A stretch of 64,000 nucleotides of DNA from Mobula hypostoma (lineage: Eukaryota): contig NC_086097.1 of the NCBI RefSeq assembly GCF_963921235.1, positions 90,460,001-90,524,000 of the forward strand, written 5' to 3'. Under the pieces are notes generated by a model that worked only from the letters and a program-made list of their open reading frames with translations, did no database searches and was not told the DNA's origin. Position 1 is the stretch's first letter. Each line of letters begins with the position of its first letter. A program made the position numbers and the translations under genes. This document shows positions 60,515 through 64,000 of the stretch, in pieces.

Positions 60515-61900
60515 GATTGAAATGAGGGTAGTGAGATCAGTGTAGGATTTTTTTTTGTATGCTGGGGAATGTTGAGATCTAGAAGGAAGCTGTGTTGGGT
60601 CTCTAAAGGAATGGTAAAGTGGATAGATCCCCAGGGCCTGGTGGGAACAATCCCAGGTTGTTGAGAATGGCAAGAGAGGAGATTGCTGGGACCTTGATAA
60701 GATAATTGTATCCTCTCTAGCCACAGGTGAGATGCTGGAGAACTGGAGAGTAGCCAATGTGTTTTCTTTGTTTAAGAAGGGAAATAGAAATAATCCAGGA
60801 AATCATAGGGCTACTCTTGTATCAGTGAAAGGTAAGCTATCGGAAAGAATCCTTAGGGATTCCCTAAGATTCTTAGAGAACTCATAGGGCTAGACATGGG
60901 CTCACTTGGGACAGGTACCATGGCTTTCTGCGGAACAGGTCACATCTTACAAGCAGGAGAGAATCTGCAGATGCTGAAAATCTAAAGCAATACACACAAA
61001 ATGTTGGGGGAGTTCATCAGGCCCAGTAGCATCGATGGAAAAGAGTGAACAGTCAATATTTCGGGCCGAGACTGTTTGTCAGGACAAACGTACAAACTTG
61101 ATTTGAGTTTTTTGAGAAGGTGACCAAAGTAGTTGAAAAGGGTAGGGTAGTGGATGTTATCTATATGGTGTTTAGTAAGTGACAAAGGTGCCTTATAGTA
61201 GGGTGATCAGGAAGATTAAGATGCATGAGATTCACAGAGGCTTGGTAGTTTGAATTCAGAATTGGCTTGTCCATAGAAGATAAAGTGTTGTGATGGTCAG
61301 GTATTATGATGGCTGGAGAACTGTGTCCAGTGATATCAGTTCTGGGACCAGTGCTGTTTGTGATATTTGTAAATGATTTGGATGAAGACGAAAGCTTGAT
61401 TGCTAAGTTTGTAGATAACACAAAAATTGGAGTTGTAGAGAGAGACAAAGGTTATTAAAGGATAAAGCAGGATAATATTAGGCATCCGTTAGTCTTGTGA
61501 GACCATGGATTTGTGCCTTGGAAGGTTTCCAGGGCACAGGCCTGGGTAAGGTTGTATGGAAGGCCGGCAGTTGCCCATGCTGCAAGTCTTCCCTCTCCAC
61601 GCCACCGATGTTGTCCAAGGGAAGGGCATTAGGACCCATACAGCTTGGCACCGGTGTTGTCGCAGAGCAATGTGTGGTTAAGTGCCTTGCTCAAGGACAC
61701 AACACACTGCCTCAGCCAAGGCTTGAACTAGCGACCTTCAGATCACTAGGCGGATGCCTTAACCACTTGGCCACGCACCAACACAAAGCAGGATAGAGAT
61801 CAATTACAATTATAGGCAGGGAAATGGAAGAGGGAGTTTTATATAGGTAAGTGTGAGGTGTTGCACTTTGGGAGGTAAAAGGAAGTGTATAGTTAATGAA
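60515..61900 (+). mobile_element. Decayed CR1 RT region hosting a Penelope terminal-repeat piece (60950-61085) and a SINE
   Basis: 'agatccccagggcctggtgg' and 'ttctgggaccagtgctgtttgtgatatttgtaaatgatttggatg' are CR1 RT-like. Confidence 0.75.
61475..61784 (-). mobile_element. Full-length tRNA/CORE-like SINE with RTE-type tail
   Basis: Head nearly identical to 58410-58520. Tail ends CCATGGTCTCACAAGACTAACGGATGCC. 11-bp TSD AAAGCAGGATA (61464-61474, 61785-61795). Confidence 0.88.
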
Positions 61901-64000
61901 CATAGAACATGCACCATTACAGCACAGTCCTGGCCATTTGGCCAGTGTTGTTTTTACATTTTAACCTACTCTAAGATCACTATAACCTTTCTCTTCCATA
62001 TAACACTTCATTTTTCTATCATCCATCGAAGAGTTTCTGAAAATGCTATAATGAATCTGCCTCTAGTACCACCCTTGGCAGGGCATTCCATGTACTCAAC
62101 ACTCACTGTTTAAAGAACATATCTCTGACATCCACCTATGCTACCCTCCAATCACTTTAAAATTATGCCCCCTCGTATGAGCCATTATTGCCCTGGGAAA
62201 ATGTCTCTGGTAATCCACTCAATCTTTGCCTCTTATCATCTTGTACACCTCCGTCAAGACTCTTAACAGTGCTGATGTACAAAGGAATTTTGGTGTCCCA
62301 AGTCCATAGTTTCCTAAAAGTGGCAACACAAATGGGTAGAGCAGCATTCTTGCTTTCATCATAACGGGCAGAGATTATAAGGCTCAGGAAGTCATGACAC
62401 AGCTGCATAAAACTTTGGTTATGTTTGCTATTGTATGCAGTCCTGGTTGTCACATTTACAGGAGGGATGTGGAGCTTCAGAGACAGCACTGGAGAGTTTG
62501 ATCAGGATGTGCTCTGCATTAGAGGTATTTGCTTTAAGGATAGGAGAAATGGCCTGGATTATCTTTTTCTGGAATGTTGGAGGCTGAGGGGAGATCTAAT
62601 AAAATTTTGTAAAATTATAAAAGACGTGGATAGGGTGAACGGCCAAAATCATTATCCTAGGGTCAAAATGTTGAATGCTAGAGGACATAGCTTTAAGGTG
62701 AGAGGCAGAAGCTTTAAGAGGGGTATGTGGGGCAAGTTTTTTTTTTACACAGAAAATTGTAGGAGCCAGGAACTCACTGCTTGGGTAGTGGTAGAAGACG
62801 AAGATAGTGGTGTGCAAGAGGCTTTTGGTTAGGCACATGAATATGCAGAGAATGGAGGAGTATGGATCAGATGCAGGGAGAAGGGATTTAATTTGGCATC
62901 ATGCTTGGCACAGACATTGTGAGCTGCACTGTACTGATCTAGGTTCTAAATCCTGTGATTGTGAAACTTACTGTAACCATGCAATCTCCTCACCCTAATC
63001 TATTATTTTCTGTTACTGAAACATTGGGAATAAAGTTTGAGGCTGCCTGTTGGACAAACCATGCAATGCCATAAAACGAATTACTTTTCACACGGGGCAA
63101 TTATTAGGAGCTTAAACAGACAGAGAGTCAAAGGAGATTGACCAAAGATGTAGTTGGTTGGTTGCATTGATTGGGGAGTTCCTGTGCACTACAGTGGGCA
63201 TTGTTCTATGTGCTCGGTAGTTTAAAATAGAGCCGCAGTAAACAGCTTCAGTCACAGCACACTAGCTTTTGCAATAAACGTACCTTGCTATTAAATGAGA
63301 AGGAATGATTGTGAACACACCAGGGAGCAATGGTTGTGGCAGTTTGGTTTGACCATAAATAGGGGTACAATAAAAGTGGAATCGCAATATACACTGTGGT
63401 ATAAATAATCATGTTTAATGAACGCACCTCTCTGGCTGCAGGGTAAACGGTGATATCTAGTGTACAGTAATATGCAAACACTCTCCCGCAAAGTGAACCT
63501 CTGACTATTGGTCTCCTGGTACTGCTCTAGAAAGAGGAGGGGATTCCCCCTAATGCTCCCTTAGTCTGCATTGCCAGTCAGCCTACAATGCATGTCTGGT
63601 CCAGGTGTGACAGGATGGACGGGATTTTAGCCCACATTCATTTTTACTGCAAAATGCCAATAGTTTGAAGAAGTTGTCTGGGTGACCAAAGCAACAAACG
63701 TCTGTCTGATATGAAATCCAGCAGCTGGCCAAAATTATTGAGCCGTCTAGAAATCAGGACATGCGAGGCAGCAATACCAGTTTCATCTGATAATCTCACA
63801 CCTGTAGTTCACCTGAGTAATACCATTGTGGCAGCTGGCTAGAACCAATTGTTCTGCTCAATGCATTACTGCCACATTTGTTGGTAAAATGGGAACATAT
63901 GAGAAATAGAAGCAAAAATGGGCTATTTGGCCCTTCATGCCAAATGGTAACGATTACTACATGCGCTGGGAAAAACGTGCTGGTTGTCCACTCTATCTAT

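Noticed and set aside
1..64000. Prokaryotic systems (CRISPR arrays, operons, retrons)
   Set aside because: No regular repeat-spacer array or gene-dense region is present, and all RT sequences belong to eukaryotic non-LTR or Penelope elements.

Overview
Repeat-dominated vertebrate genomic DNA, most likely an intron or intergenic stretch. The repeat mix (CR1, Rex/Babar, Penelope-like, HE1/V-type and Deu-type SINEs) suggests a cartilaginous fish, probably a ray; this is inference. No host protein-coding exon could be recognised. Every long ORF is retroelement-derived or low-complexity. The window holds decayed and nested CR1, L1 and Rex/Babar LINE pieces, a 2.1-kb Penelope-like element (RT + GIY-YIG, 12-bp TSD), a Tc1 end with its transposase C-terminus, hAT-type and mariner-type MITEs, and several tRNA-derived SINEs. 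The most notable signals are minimal hammerhead-ribozyme motifs: two in the Penelope terminal repeat, a third intact one of a different sequence family at 59094-59135, and a series of decayed copies. Other notable signals are a palindrome-in-palindrome mariner MITE with a recombined short derivative, a hAT nested in a hAT with two TSDs, an L1 fragment with a TSD but no 3' end, and two SINEs that share a head but carry different tails. A few unique islands look regulatory but are unproven. Coordinates of old repeats are approximate. Nothing here is demonstrably a wholly new system.
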